A DNA stretch of 64,000 nt from Narcine bancroftii (lineage: Eukaryota). Shown here piece after piece: positions 49,100-62,169 of the stretch (within the stretch, counting starts at the first letter, position 1; each line of letters begins with the position of its first letter). The stretch lies in contig NC_091473.1 of NCBI RefSeq assembly GCF_036971445.1, positions 113,832,001 through 113,896,000 on the forward strand, written 5' to 3'. A program made the translations under genes and the position numbers. Below the pieces are notes generated by a model. That model made no database searches and was not told the DNA's origin. It saw nothing but the letters and a program-made list of their open reading frames with translations.

Positions 49100-50860
49100 G
49101 TACTCCCATGGGAAGATTGTTGGACATGAGCAGCACCATTGAGAATTTGAGAAAGATTATTAAAAAGTGTAAGTCAATGAAGCAGCCTTATTTAACACCG
49201 GTCTTCACTGACGTCTATTCGAGAGAAATGGAGTCAAATACTTCAGTGTGTTTTGGGAATGAGCACTTATATTGGTTGCTACCACTCTGCAATTTTCTTG
49301 GAATTGATGTGCCGTGAAGCTCATGCACAGTAGCTGGACTGTTCTGCAGTAAAACAGTTGGTTTAGCTTCCTTTCTTAAATTTGATCATTGTTATGGCCA
49401 GTTAATATTCTGGATTTGTGACTGAAGCTCTTTATGTCAAAGTTGGAGAACTTCATTGGTGATACAGACTGCCTCTTTGTCCCTAAGGAATTCATCCTTG
49501 CTATTTGTTCTTAGTGTGGTACATCTCATCACCATGTCTACCTTCTCCAAGTCTCTTGAGATATGAAAAGTGATCCATGTTTCCCAGGGTATCACTTAAT
49601 TTGGTCACATATGGTTTTGTTAGCACTGAAGAGCCAGGGCATGTAATGGCTGCCAGTGACTTGTTGAGCCTCCTGTGCTTTATCCATCCATTTTTAAAAA
49701 AAAGATCATGGTGTTTCTGCTAGACTATTATATTCAGGTGCTTATGAAGTTACTTTTCCTTTGAAGAAAGTTGGAGCTTTCAGTCCAGGAATGCCTCATG
49801 TTTGCAGTTAATTAGTTCCTTGATTTACTATTCTCATCAAACCAAACCTATTTCTTAGTTGGAAAGCCAAGACAGCATTTAACATGGACACTTTAGCTTC
49901 TGGGCTAGGAGTTGATGCACTGTCTGGAAAGAAAAAAAGCTGCCTTTGTGGTCTCTTACAGCTTTGATATTGATCTTCTTGCTGTAATACTTTCAAAGCT
50001 GACGTTTTGGAGTTCTTTTGATGGAGGAAAATAGGAAAGATTAGGTAGCTGTCATCAGTACTTGTAACATTTTTGTTGTCCTTCAATTGGACAATGATTA
50101 AATCACTGATAATCAATGAAAATCAATGATAAAATCTATAAGTTGCCAGTGTTTGGATTGTCATGAGGCCTTGTGCTTGTCCATTTGATGAAACAAGATA
50201 TTCATTATGACAAAGCCATGGGGCCAAACAGTTTGGAAGAAGGATCCCACTGGAGTTGGCCTTCCTTTCTTTCTTGACAGAGGGTTGCATCTATTTCCAT
50301 TCTGGCTTTGAAGTTGCCTGGGAGGATCAGTGATTTAAAAAAAATAAATAAATTCCATATAAAAGTCCTCCTTGGTTCCAGTGTTGGCATAGATGCACAT
50401 AATCGTAGCATATTGCTTCTGTTTTAGACCAAGATGAGTATCTGGTATTTCTTCAGGGGAAGTCTGAGGTGCCAGACCAGCTCATTATAGATGAAAAAGG
50501 ACTCTCTGTGAAGACAGTATTCTTCTCAGATTTTGCCTCCAGAAGAAGGTGCACCCTATCCTTTGTCTTTGTTCTGCCTTTCACTTCTCACTTTGGGTGG
50601 TGAGGTCATTGTCAAAGCACCTCAACATATGATGCAGGATACTTTTCAGATCTGTCACAGTTGTGATTGTTTGAGATCCCTGACAATCCAGGTCCAAAAC
50701 TTCTATTCTGAGTAGAAGTTACCCATGCTTGGATTCTTTTAATGTAGAGTGGCATTGCACAACAGCGAACACAAGGACTTGATTGAGAAGGGTATTGATC
50801 CGGTGGCATAAGAGACCAAGGTGGCTGGAGATCAGATTCTGCTCCATGGGTATTGATGCT
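49100..50860 (-). mobile_element. Old degraded RTE-clade LINE (EN and RT remnants) in the dmap1 intron
   Basis: Minus-strand remnants KHKAS*QSKHWQLIDF near 50130-50190 (RTE EN) and KTGVK*GC near 49180-49210. Confidence 0.6.
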
Positions 50861-51466
50861 CAGACAATAGGCTTATTTGCTTTCTCTACTGGGATATTAT
50901 AGTCATGTTGAATTATGTTTTTTATTAATTCATGGATTGTTCAGGAAATATAACTGAATATTAACTATTCACGCTAAAAATGTGTGGTTTTAAGGCCAAT
51001 TGTCATTCCCTTACAATTGGTTTAACTTGGTTCAGCTAATTTAACATGGATTGGATATTAAAGGTATGGTGTAGCTAATTAATATATGAATCCACGGATT
51101 TATCACAAAAATAATGGAATAGATATTTAATTAAAATTAAGTAACTTGGTTTTTGAGGGATATTGGTCATCTGGTTCGGAAGAAGAGAGGAGTGTATAGC
51201 AGGTATAGGCAACATGGAGCAAATGAGTGACAGTACTTAAGGAGTATTTTTTTAAATGCAAGAAACCCTCAAGAAAGAAATCAGGAAGGCTAAAGGTTGC
51301 TTTGGCAGACAATTTGAAGGAAAATCCTAAGGGTATTTACAGGTATATTAAGAGCAAAAAGGATAGTATGAGAGAAAAAAATCAGTCCCCTTGAAGATCA
51401 GAGTGGTCGACTTTGTATGGAGCCAAAAGAGATGGGAGAGATCTTAAATGATTTTTTTTCCATCAA

Positions 51467-51517
51467 CTTCTTTTTCTTTGGCTTGGCTTTGCGGACGAAG
51501 ATTTATGGAGGGGTAAC
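51467..51517 (-). mobile_element. ~50-bp RTE 3'-end micro-insertion
   Basis: Reverse complement of the RTE tail at ~45123-45168; interrupts the CR1 sequence CCATCA(G/A)-TATTCACT (compare 37800) with an apparent CAA duplication. Confidence 0.75.
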
Positions 51518-53064
51518 CAATATTCACTTAGGAAAAGGGCATAGAATCATGGGAAGTAAGGAAACAAGAAGTGAGGTCTTGGAACCTAAAGAGATTAAAG
51601 AGGAGGAAGTGCTTGCTGTCTTAAAATAAATAAGGATGGATAAATCCCCAGACCCTCACAAGATATTCCCTTGGACATTGAGGGAAGTTGGTGTAGAAAT
51701 TACAGGGGCTCTGGCAGAAATATTTAAAATGTTCTTAACCATGGGAGTAGTGCCAGAGGATTGGAGGGTAGCTAGTCAATCTGTTGTTTTAAAAAATACT
51801 CCAAAAGTAACTCTGGAAATTATAGGCTGTTGAGCCTGACATCAGTAGTAGGTAAATTATTGGAAGTGAGGTGCTCTAAGAGAACAGATGTACAATTATT
51901 TGGTTAGCCAGAAATTGATTAGGGATAGTCAAGATGGCTTTGTGTGTCATAGGTCATGTTTAACCAATCTTGTAGAGATATTCAGAAAAGTTGATGAAGG
52001 AAAGGATATAGACGTAGTCTACATGGACATAAGATCTTTGACAAGGGAAGTTGGTCAGGAAGGATCAGATGTAATCATGGTGAAGTAATGAATTGGATTC
52101 AACAATGGCTGGACAGAGGTAGTGGTGGATGATTGCTTCTCAGACTGGAGGCCTGTGACTAATGCTGTGCCTCAGGGATCAGTACTGGGGTCATTATTGT
52201 TTATCATCTATATCAATGATCCAGATGATAATGTGGTAAATTGGATCAGTAAGTTTCCAGATTGGAGGTGTTGTGGATAGCAAAGAAGCTTTTCAAAACT
52301 TGCAGAGGGATCTGGACCAGCTGGAAAAATGGGCTGAAAAATGGCAGATAGAATTTAAAGCAGACAAGTGAGGTGTTGCAGTTTGGAAGGACAAACCAAG
52401 AAAGGATATATATGGTAAATGGTAGGGCACTGGGGAGTGAAATAGAACTGAGGGATCTGGGAATACAGATACATAATTCACTGAAAGTGGCATCACAGCT
52501 AAATAGCATTGTGAAGAGAGCTTTTGGCACATTGGCTTTCATAAATCAAAGTAATTGAGTATAGAATTTGGGATGTTATGGTAAAATTGTACAAGACATT
52601 GATGAGGCCAAATTTGGAGAATTTTGTACAGTTTTGGTCACATAACTACAGGAAAGATATCAATAAGATAGAGTGCAGAGAAGAATTACTAGGATGTTAT
52701 CTGGACTTCAGGAACTGAGTTGCAGGGGAAGTTTAAACAGGTTAGGACTTTATTCCATGGATCGTAGAAGAATGAGGGGAGATTTGATTAGAGGCATTTA
52801 AAATTGAGGGGATGGACAGAGTAAATGCAGATAGGCTTTTTCCATTGAGGGTAGGTGAGATATAAACCAGAAGACATGATTAAGGGTGAAACGTGAAAGG
52901 TTTAGGTGGAACATGAGGGTGACCCCCACACAGAGAGTCGAGGGAGTGTGGAATGAGTTGCCAGCTGAGGTAGTAAATGTGGGCTCAATTTTAACATTTA
53001 AGAAGCATTTGGACAGGTACATGGATGGGAGAGGTATGGAGGGTTATGGACAGGGTGCAGATCT

Positions 53065-54680
53065 CATGTCTTTTAGCCTTCCTGATTTCTTTCTTGAGGT
53101 TTTTAATTGCATTTTTTTTATACTCAAGTACCTCATTTGCTCCAAGTTGCTTATACGTGCGCAGCTATACACCTATCTCCTTTTCTGAATCCGATCCCTA
53201 ATATCCCTCAAAAACCAAAGATCCCTTTGCCTGCTAATCTTGCCTTTAATCCTGACAGGAACATACAAACTCAGTACTCTCAAAATTTCACCTATTGAAG
53301 GTCTTCCACTTACTTCGCCTATCCTTAACTAAAAACAACTCATCCCAATCCATGCATTTCCTCAAAATTAGCCTTTCTCCAATTTAGAATCTCAATCAGA
53401 TTCCCTGATCTATCCTTCTCTATAATTAACTTGAAATTAAGGCATTATGATCACTGGACCCAAAATGTTCTCCTACACATACTTCGGTCATCTGTCCTGT
53501 CTTGTTCCCTAATAGAAGATCCAGTATTGCATTCTCTCTAGTTGGTACCTCTATATATTGATTTTGAAACCTTTCCTGAAATCATTTGACAAACTCCAAG
53601 CCATCCATCCTTGCCATCATATGGCGGTTGCAGGGGAAAATTGGTTGGTTGGGATTGGGTGTTGGGTTTTTCCTCCTTTGTCTTTTGTCAGTGAGGTGGG
53701 CTCTGCGGTCTTCTTCAAAGGAGGTTGCTGCCCGCCGAACTGTGAGGTGCCAAGATGCACGGTTTGAGGCGATATCAGCCCACTGGCGGTGGTCAATGTG
53801 GCAGGCACCAAGAGATTTCTTTAGGCGGTCCTTGTACCTCTTCTTTGGTGCACCTCTGTCACGGTGGCCAGTGGAGAGCTCGCCATATAACACGATCTTG
53901 GGAAGGCGATGGACCTCCATTCTGGAGACGTGACCTGCCCAGCACAGTTGGATCTTCAGCAGCATGGATTCAATGCTGTCGGCCTCTGCCATCTCGAGTA
54001 CTTCGATGTTGGAGATGAAGTCGCTCCAATGAATGTTGAGGATGGAGCGGAGACAACGCTGGTGGAAGCGTTCTAGGAGCCGTAGGTGATGCCGGTAGAG
54101 GACTCATGATTCGGAGCCGAACAAGAGTCTGGGTATGACATCGGCTCTGTATACGCTCATCTTTGTGAGGTTTTTCAATTGGTTGTTTTTCCAGACTCTT
54201 TTGTGTAGTCTTCCAAAGGCGCTATTTGCCTTGGCGAGTCTGTTGTCTATCTCATTGTCGATCCTTGCATCCGATGAAACCATATATTTCCTGCAGTTGC
54301 CCACTACCTCTCTACAGATTTGCTGCTCCAATTCTCATTGACTATTGGGTGGTCTATAATACAACTCCATGAGTATGGTCATACCTTTCCTCAGCTCTAC
54401 CCATATAGCCTCAGTTGATAAGCCTTCTGGTCTGTCCTGCCTGAGTACAGCTGTGATATTTTCCTTGTCGAGCAATGTCTCTCCTCTCCCTTTCATTCCC
54501 CCCACCCCCCCCCCCGTCCCCCCCACCTCCATTCTATCGCGTCCACAGCAATGGAAGCTCAGAACATTGAGCTGCGAGTCATGCCCCTCTTGCAACCCAG
54601 TTCACTAATGGCCAAAATGTCATAATTCCACATGCCTAATCATACTCTTAAGTTCATCTGTTTTTCCTACAATACTCCTT
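53065..54680 (-). mobile_element. Inverted CR1 ORF2 EN/linker segment
   Basis: TEAIWVELRKGMTILMELYYRPPNSQ (ORF 54335-54595); reverse-complement match to 51148-51295. Confidence 0.8.
53624..54279 (-). mobile_element. Internal fragment of the young RTE LINE (RT C-terminus, no tail)
   Basis: Near-identical to ~44408-45055 (RLAKANSAFGRL, HRLPKIVLYGEL, PFPCN-like end); stops before the 3' UTR. Confidence 0.9.
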
Positions 54681-55283
54681 GGCACAGACTAGAGGGGCTG
54701 AAGGGGCTTATTTCTCTTCAGTAGTGTTCTATAGTTCTAGAATAAAATTGTAGTATTTTAAAATATTTTAGTTGAAAGTTTTTAAAAAAAATCATACCTA
54801 TTTCATTTGAAAAGTGGAGGAAGTGATGAACTCTTGCAGCAGAATTAGTATTGAAAATGAAAACTAAAAAACCTGCTGAAACTGGATATCCAGAGATACT
54901 CAGGCATCTGTGGAAAGAGAAATCCTGCTGGATTTCAAGTAATCTTGCTCAGTTTTTTTTCCAGCACTTTATGTTCTTTTTGAGTGTTGTAAATAGTTTG
55001 GTGTGGACTATGGTCTTCAGTGTCATTTGTAAAACTGCCACCAATCTTGTTTGAATCCCTGAAAGATGTCAACATACTGCAATGAAATGGGCAGCTGGAA
55101 TTTTACTGCACTAGTTTGCATGAGACATAATTTGGATGATTGGTATTTTTAATTAAATTTTTTGTGTTCAATTATATTTTCTTCCATGTTTATATTTCTG
55201 TACTCTTTTAATTCTTTCAATTTCCTCCCTCATTGCATTCTGTAATTGCCAAAAGTAATTGAGAACAATTTTTTTTTGTTTAG

Positions 55284-55375
55284 AAAAAGTCAAAAAAATC
55301 AACAGAAACGCTCACTTTTAAGAGACCAGAGGGAATGCACAGAGAAGTTTATGCTCTTCTATATTCTGACAAAAA
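55284..55375 (+). CDS. dmap1: DNA methyltransferase 1-associated protein 1, second coding exon
   Basis: Acceptor TTTTTGTTTAG|; 92 nt encoding KKSKKSTETLTFKRPEGMHREVYALLYSDK plus AA, in frame with the previous exon and matching DMAP1; donor AA|GTAAGT. Confidence 0.97.
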
Positions 55376-55779
55376 GTAAGTTCAAACAAATGAACTTAAT
55401 ACTTTGTTTGCCCACTTTTATGGTTATGTAAAGAATGATAAAACTTTAGTATTACAGCAGCCTCCTGTGGCTAAAAAGCAATATTGCAATACATTTTTTA
55501 TTCCTTATTCCATTGTGCATGGCTTTGCTGGCATTTTATTAATTTTTTTGCTTTAGCCAGTGGGAAAAAAAATTGCATTGTAAATTAGGCAAATTTTCAT
55601 CCAAATAAGTGGTATGATTTTTTTGGAGTAGAAATGCATGTTTATAAAGATCTAGCAAATAAATGCATAAATTTGTTTTCCACAAAGCTTTTAAGTTTGT
55701 TCTTTTGATTAAAATCATATAATTGGTGGGCTTTTTCAAAGCAGGGTCCATTTTATCACCGCATGCAGTGTCTAGGGTT

Positions 55780-57650
55780 AAAAACACAGAAATGCTTGAG
55801 GAACTCAGCATCCATAGGAGGTAAAGATATATTACTGACATTATGCACCTGAGCCTTTCTTCAAGGTATGAGAAAATGCAGCAGCCCTTAAATAAAAGAA
55901 TTGGCAGGTGGAGGAGTACAAACCAACAGACAAATGTGATAATTGGATATGAAGAAGAGGCCAAGAGAAAGGAAAGGTGAGGATTGATAGGAGGAGTGGG
56001 GAGGTTTGCTCTGTGAATGCAGAGCTGGGTTAAAGGAGACAGAGGGAAAAGGGAAGAGAGAGAGAGAGAGAGCAACAAGAAAGGAGACATGGGGGATAGT
56101 TGGCCAACTAAAATCAAAGAAGTCAATGTCAGACAGAATATGAGGTGCCGTTCCTCCAATTTGTATGTGGCCCCAGTCTACCTGTGCATAAGCCCATGTA
56201 GAGACATGGTGGTGAGGGAATGAGGAGGGGAATTGAAATGGGTGGCCACTAGGAGATCCCCATCATTGCAGCTGACAGAGGCGCCCAACAAAACGATCTC
56301 CAGTCTGCTTCCAGTCCCTCTGATTTAGAGGAGACCCCAATGGGAAGACCAGATGCAGCAGATGACCCCCACAGACCCACGTGAAGAGCTGTTTCACCTG
56401 GAAGGGCCGCCTGGGGCCTTGAATGGTGGTGAGGGAGGAGGTACAAGCGGAGCACCTTCTGCAGCCACAGGGGTAGGTGCCAAGGGGGCGATCAGTGAAA
56501 AGGGAGGAGTTGGCGAGGGAGCCATAGAGTGACTCGTCCCTGAGGAAGGCGAACATGGGAGGAGAGGGGGAAGATGTGTCTGGTGGTGGGACCACGCAGC
56601 AAGTGCCAAAAATGGCAGAGGATGATATGTTGGATGCAGAGGCCATAGGGTGGCAGATTAGGACAAGGGGAATCCTGTCTCCATTACAAGCTGTGTGGGG
56701 CGGGGGGGGGGGGTGGGGGGGAAGGAGCCAGTGCAGACACACAAGCATCAGGGCTGAGTTGATGGTGGCAGAGGGAAAGACCCATTGCCTGAATGAGGAG
56801 GATATCTGGCATGGTAGACCTCATCCTTGGAGCAGATGCGATGGAGACGGAGAAGTGAGAGGAAGGAATGGAATCCATACAGGGGATAAGTTGTGCAAAG
56901 GTGTGGTTGAGGTAGCTGTGGGAGTTGGTGGGTCTGTAGAAGAAGTCTGTTGAGAGTTTGAGATTGAGACGTAGAGATAGAGAAAAGGGAGAGTGTTACT
57001 AGGGATGAACCAAGTGAACTTAAGGTCATGGTACAAGTTGGCAGCAAAGTGGATAAAGTTGGCGAACTGATCATAGGTGCAAAAGGGAGCACCAAAGTAG
57101 TCAACAGTGTAGTGGCGGAAAAGTTGAAGGTCCTTGCCTGTGTAGGCTTGTCGCATGGATTGCTCTACTTAGCTAACAAAAAAGACAGGCATAGCTGTGG
57201 CCCAAGCAGGTATGCACGGCTATCTCTTTCACTTGGAGAAAGTGGGATGAGTCAAAGGAAAAGTTGTTGAAGATGAGGACAACTTCTGCCAGCTGGATGA
57301 GAGTAGTGATGGAGGGATTGGGTCTGTTGTTGAGAAAGAATCAAGGGGCTTTGAGGCCTACAGTCTGGAGAATGGAGATGTTTAGTGATTGGATATCCAT
57401 GGTAAAGATAAGGTGGTCGGGTTCACAGAACTGGAAGTTATTGAAGTGATGGAAGGCACGTGAAGTATCATAGATGCAGATGGGGAGAGAATGAACCAAA
57501 GGCAACAAAACTGAGTGAAGGTAAGCAGATACTAGTTGGAAGGGAAGGAGCACGTGATAATGATAGATCTGAAATGTCGGTTAATCATCTTTTACCTCTT
57601 GTGTATGCTGTGAGACCTGCTGAGTTCCTCCAGTTTTCATTTGCATTTAT
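55780..57650 (-). mobile_element. Penelope-like element (RT and GIY-YIG remnants, pLTR at ~55780-56100, short inverted pLTR at ~57560-57645)
   Basis: IFTMDIQSL (ORF 57341-57553), TIQGPRRPFQVKQLFT..QTGDRF (ORF 56263-56748), EERHLIFCL. Homologous to 20206-22271. Confidence 0.85.
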
Positions 57651-58499
57651 AAACAAGTAGTAAAATGTTGCCTGCCAGTTTTCTACATTAAACAGGAGAA
57701 ACTGATTAACTGTACTTGCTGCCAGCTGATAGAATTCGTACATGCTAAAACACATTATGTACTGAGTGCAGTGTGTAAAGGAATGTTGACCATGGTGAGT
57801 AAGGAACTATTATGAAGCAAGTTGTCACTGCAACTTTTAAAGGGTGAAAAAATCATTCTGATTTCCCCGAGTGAGAAAATATAAATTGAAAGAAAAGTGT
57901 TAGTTTACCTCAGACCTGTGGAATACACAATCAATGTTTTGTAAGAACTTCAGGAAACTTCCCAAGTCTTGGATAATCACAGTTGGTGGAAATGATGTCA
58001 ACTAGATGAGCTCAAGGTTTCAGTTCTATTGCTTGAGCAACATCTGGTCTTTCCATGAGGCTGAGTGCTTTGTGAATAGCAGATTTCAGGAGGTGGTTAC
58101 CTCTCAGCTTAAGATGGCGGGAATGGGTGACTGACTGCCCGATAGCAAAAAGAAAAGTGTGGTACTTGGTTTTGAATATTAATAGAAAGATATGTTGGTG
58201 GCTCAACTATACAGGGAAGGAAGAAGAGAAATGGTAATTTGGGTATTTGATAATTATGGGAGATGGTTCTGTGGTAATTTCAAGATATCAATGAGTATGT
58301 GTAGAACATTTTGGGAGGGGAAGTAGGGGAATATGAACAGCCAGAGGCTATTGTGGTCTATGTTGGTATCAGCATCAAAATCTGTTAATTCATTAATCCA
58401 GAAAGGTCAGGTCAACATTTAAATATTTGGATTATGGGCAGTAAATTGGCAAGTAACATTTCGGCATGTAAGTGCGAGGCAGTGACAATCGCCAACAAG

Positions 58500-59460
58500 G
58501 CGTTCAGACGTCGGAGCAGAAACAGGCTATTCAACCCATCGAGTTTGCCCCACCATTTAATCATGAGCTGATCCATTTCCCCACTCAGCTAATGCCCTCG
58601 CTAATCGAGAACCCATCAATCTGTCTTAAAAACATCCAATGCATACAACTGCATACAGCAACAAATTCCATAGATTTACCACCCTCTGGCTGAAGAAATT
58701 TGTATGTATTCCTGTTTTAAGCAGACACCTTTCAATCCTAAAGTTGTGTCCTTTTGTCCTAGACTCTCCCACCATGGGAAATAACCTTTCTTCATCTATT
58801 CTGTCCATGCCTTTCAACATTTGAAATGTTTCAATTCGATCCCTCCTCATTCTTCTAAATTCCAACAGATATCGCCCAAGAACAGTCAATTGCTTCTCAT
58901 ACGATAACCCTTTCATTCGTAGAATCATCCTCGTGAACCTTCTTTGAATCCTTGCCAACATCAGCACATCTTATGTGAAGAGCCTAAAACTGCTCACAGT
59001 ACTCAAGTGAGGTCTCACTAGTGCCTTATAAGCCCTCAATATCACATCCTTGCTCATATATTTTATTTCTCTTGAAATGGGTGCCAGCATTGCATTTGCC
59101 TTCTTCACTACTGTGTTTTTTCTACCAAAGTGCATGACCATACATTTTTCATCATTGTATTTCATTTGCCATTTCTCTGCCCATTCTCCTAGTCTGTCTA
59201 AGTCCTTCTGCAACCTCCCTATTTCCTCTACCTACCTTCATATCATCTGCAAACTTGGCCACAAAGCCATTCATTCCATAATTCAAATCATTAATATACA
59301 ATATAAAAAAGAGCACCCCCCCCCCAACACCAATCCCTGTGGAGCACCTCTAGCAACTTGTTGCCCATCAGAATACAATCCTTGTGTTCCATTTCTCTGC
59401 TTCCTGCCAGTCAGTCAATGCTCTAATCACTCCTGATATACCATGGGCTCTTGTTATGTA
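58500..59460 (-). mobile_element. CR1 LINE 3' part nested in an older + strand LINE remnant (~58440-60075)
   Basis: QKDLDRLGEWAEKWQMKYN..KCMVMHFGRKN, YKALVRPHL, RIQRRFTRMI, FFSQRVVNLWN. Confidence 0.85.
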
Positions 59461-60089
59461 GCCTTTACTGTTAAGAGATAAGGTACTCTTCTATACTTGA
59501 TATTCTATGGCATGGTATTGTTGAGTTCTCCACCATTACCATTTGAGGTGACTGGAAACTCAACTGGATCAGCTTAAGAGCAGGGCAAAAGATGGATATC
59601 CTGCAAAGAGTAATTCGCCTCCTGATTCCCCAGTCTTTTCACCATCTCTAAAGCATGTCAAAAATGTGCCTGAATTATCTTTGCTTGCCTGGCTCTCCAA
59701 CAACTCTCAAGAAGCTTGACACCATCTGAGATAAAGCCACCCCATTTATTAGTAGCCCATCCATCTCCCTAATCATTCATTCCCTCAATCCCATAAGAGG
59801 GTGTCTGCAGTTTGTATTACCAACAGAATGTTGCTCCCATCTCACAAACCTAAGTCTTTCATCTTGAAGAGTTGGACAGTCGGCACATGGTTGCTTGAAG
59901 ATTTGCAGGTTCCTCTCTAAGTTGCACAAACTGATTTGGAATTGCACTATCGATTATTGTTGCCCTGCTTAAATCTTGGAACTCACGATTTAACTGTACA
60001 TGAGAATAACCTTATCAGAAAGATTATAGCAGTTCATGAAGGTGGCTCAGGGCAGTTAGAGATGGACAGTAAATGGTGGTTTTGTTAGT

Positions 60090-60870
60090 GATCCTCAGAT
60101 TGTCCAGTCCAGAACCAGGGGACAGAAAAAAAATATGGCTGGGTTGCCAGAGCGCTGCCACTGGTGTAGAACAGGAAAACGGAGACACACTGCTGATCCA
60201 AAGGGTTCAATCGCCCAATTCTTATGTTGGTGTTTCCATACCGGCTACACTGTCTGTTAAAGTGATGATGGTGTTTGTGAGTAAAATCCTACATTTGTGA
60301 GATCTGTGCCCAAGATGGTTGTGCCTATGCTTGGCAGTGGTCACCAGGTGTTGCAGACTCATGGGAAGCAGTGGACTAGCTCAGGGCACCAGATACTGGA
60401 GAACACCCCATGTTGAGAAGGGGAAGCAGAGGAGACAATGCAACAGGACAGTGACCATGGCAGCGGACCAGCAAGGGGCTTGGTGGCTGGGGGACCCTAA
60501 AAAGGTGACCATAATAGCAGACCATCAAGGGGCTCAGCCACACAGTACCCACTGGCTCCAAGTTTCGAGAGGGTGCTGAGGGCAAGAAGGGCTCCCAAAG
60601 TGCCTTGGTGGCTGAAGAATTCCTGATGGTATTGAAGGCTTTGTTCTGGAGTTCTGGCTGCTGCTGAATTGAACCGGAGTCTGTGTGACTGCAGAGGCCG
60701 AGGGAGCGCTGAGGCGAATCCATGGACTCTCAGTGATTCTGAATGGACTCTCGTTTGCTACTCTTTCTCTCTTACTGTAAAGGGTGCCTGGCAAAACTAA
60801 TGGTGATTTTTTTTGTGTGCCTTGCAGCAGGTAAAATTTCATTTTTAATGTATTATTACTATAAAAGGAA
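60090..60870 (+). repeat. Interspersed non-autonomous repeat, same family as 42480-43178
   Basis: Shared sequence blocks with the 42.5-43.2-kb copy. Confidence 0.45.
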
Positions 60871-61040
60871 CCAAGAACCTTGATTGTAAAAAAATGAATT
60901 AAGAATTGCAGTTGCAGTTTACTTAGTGGCCACAAGATGGGGATACATATTCACCTGTTTTCCCACATGAGATATTTGAGATTTTTATCTCTTGGATTAG
61001 TTTTTTAAACAATAAAAGTTTCTATTTGGTAACTACAAAT

Positions 61041-61687
61041 CAGTAAGACCCCTGGTAACCAGGATTCAAGCTACTGGCAGCCTCAAGTAACCCGCAAAAA
61101 AATCGAGGAAAATAAATTTTAAAAATTTAAAATGAATAAAAATAAAAGAATAGGTTAAAAAAAAACTTCAGTTCAAAATTGTAAAAGCAAATGCTCTTTG
61201 AAGTAACACATAAATCTTTTGGGAAGATGGAAGCAAATATTCAGCCAGTGGAGGAGTGCCTTGGTCATGCTTTGCTCTTAGAAGCTCTTTGAATAACGTT
61301 GTGTGAAACTGCAGTGGCTTTGCCCAGGATGACGAGCTGGTTGATGCTGCTCGCCTTTGGAGTGACTCTCTTAAAGTGTCTCCTTATCCTTGATTAGGAA
61401 GAGTCATCCTGGTCAGAGGCTTTATAAACTTGGAGGAAGGAAGGTTAATTCATATAATGTTATTGTTTGTCTTAGGGCGTCTCCGTGTTTTTAAAAAAAT
61501 GACTTAGAATAAAGTAAAATGCTTTAAGGTTTATGTATTCATGTAAGTGAAGATTTTCAGTAAACTGTAGGATTTTTAATGCAGGTGCATTGATTCGGCA
61601 TTGTAAGAGTAAGTCTCAAGCCACCGGAAAATACACTTATCCACCATCTACCAATTCCCATTGGTGCCAGATACCAGAGGTTTGCTG
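61041..61687. mobile_element. Tc1/mariner (Tigger/pogo-like) MITE
   Basis: Imperfect TIRs CAGTAAGACCCCTGGTAACCAGG / CCAGATACCAGAGGTTTGCTG, followed by TA. Confidence 0.65.
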
Positions 61688-62169
61688 TAATTATAACAAA
61701 GTAGTTAATGAAGTGTTTTTTTTGTTCTGCATTTAATGCTCTGTGCTGTGAGATTAACAGACATTAGCCCAGAAATTAGAATTGATGGTTAAACCATCCA
61801 TGCTTACTGCTGACCACCAAGCAAAATGTAAATGTGTTAAATGCAAAGTCTGCAGTCGGAATTTGAGTTTAGAACTAGCTCAATTGCTTATGTAAATGAA
61901 GACACTCAGTAAAGCCCTTTCAAACTGCCATGGGGGTCATGGGTAAGGAAGACGGCCATTGCTCCCACACTCCTGCCTTGAGCTATTGCTGCGAACTTGC
62001 AGCAACAAACACTACCCTTCCCCATTCGCAGCAGTGGATTGATGGTGGGGTCATGGGGGGGTCGTGGGGTCGGGGGGGAATTTGCCATGATAATGATTTT
62101 AATATAAAAGCTTCTTTCAGGATGGTCGTTAAAACTGGAGGTATAACCAAGCCCTTAATTTACTAATAC

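Larger units (their letters stand above)
51148..54740 (+). mobile_element. CR1 LINE 3' part whose tail is split by an inverted CR1 segment (53065-54680)
   Basis: DKSPDPHKIFP, DSQDGFVCHRSCLTNL and TQRVEGVWNELP. The tail GGCACAGACTAGAG...GTTCTA resumes at ~54681. Confidence 0.8.
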
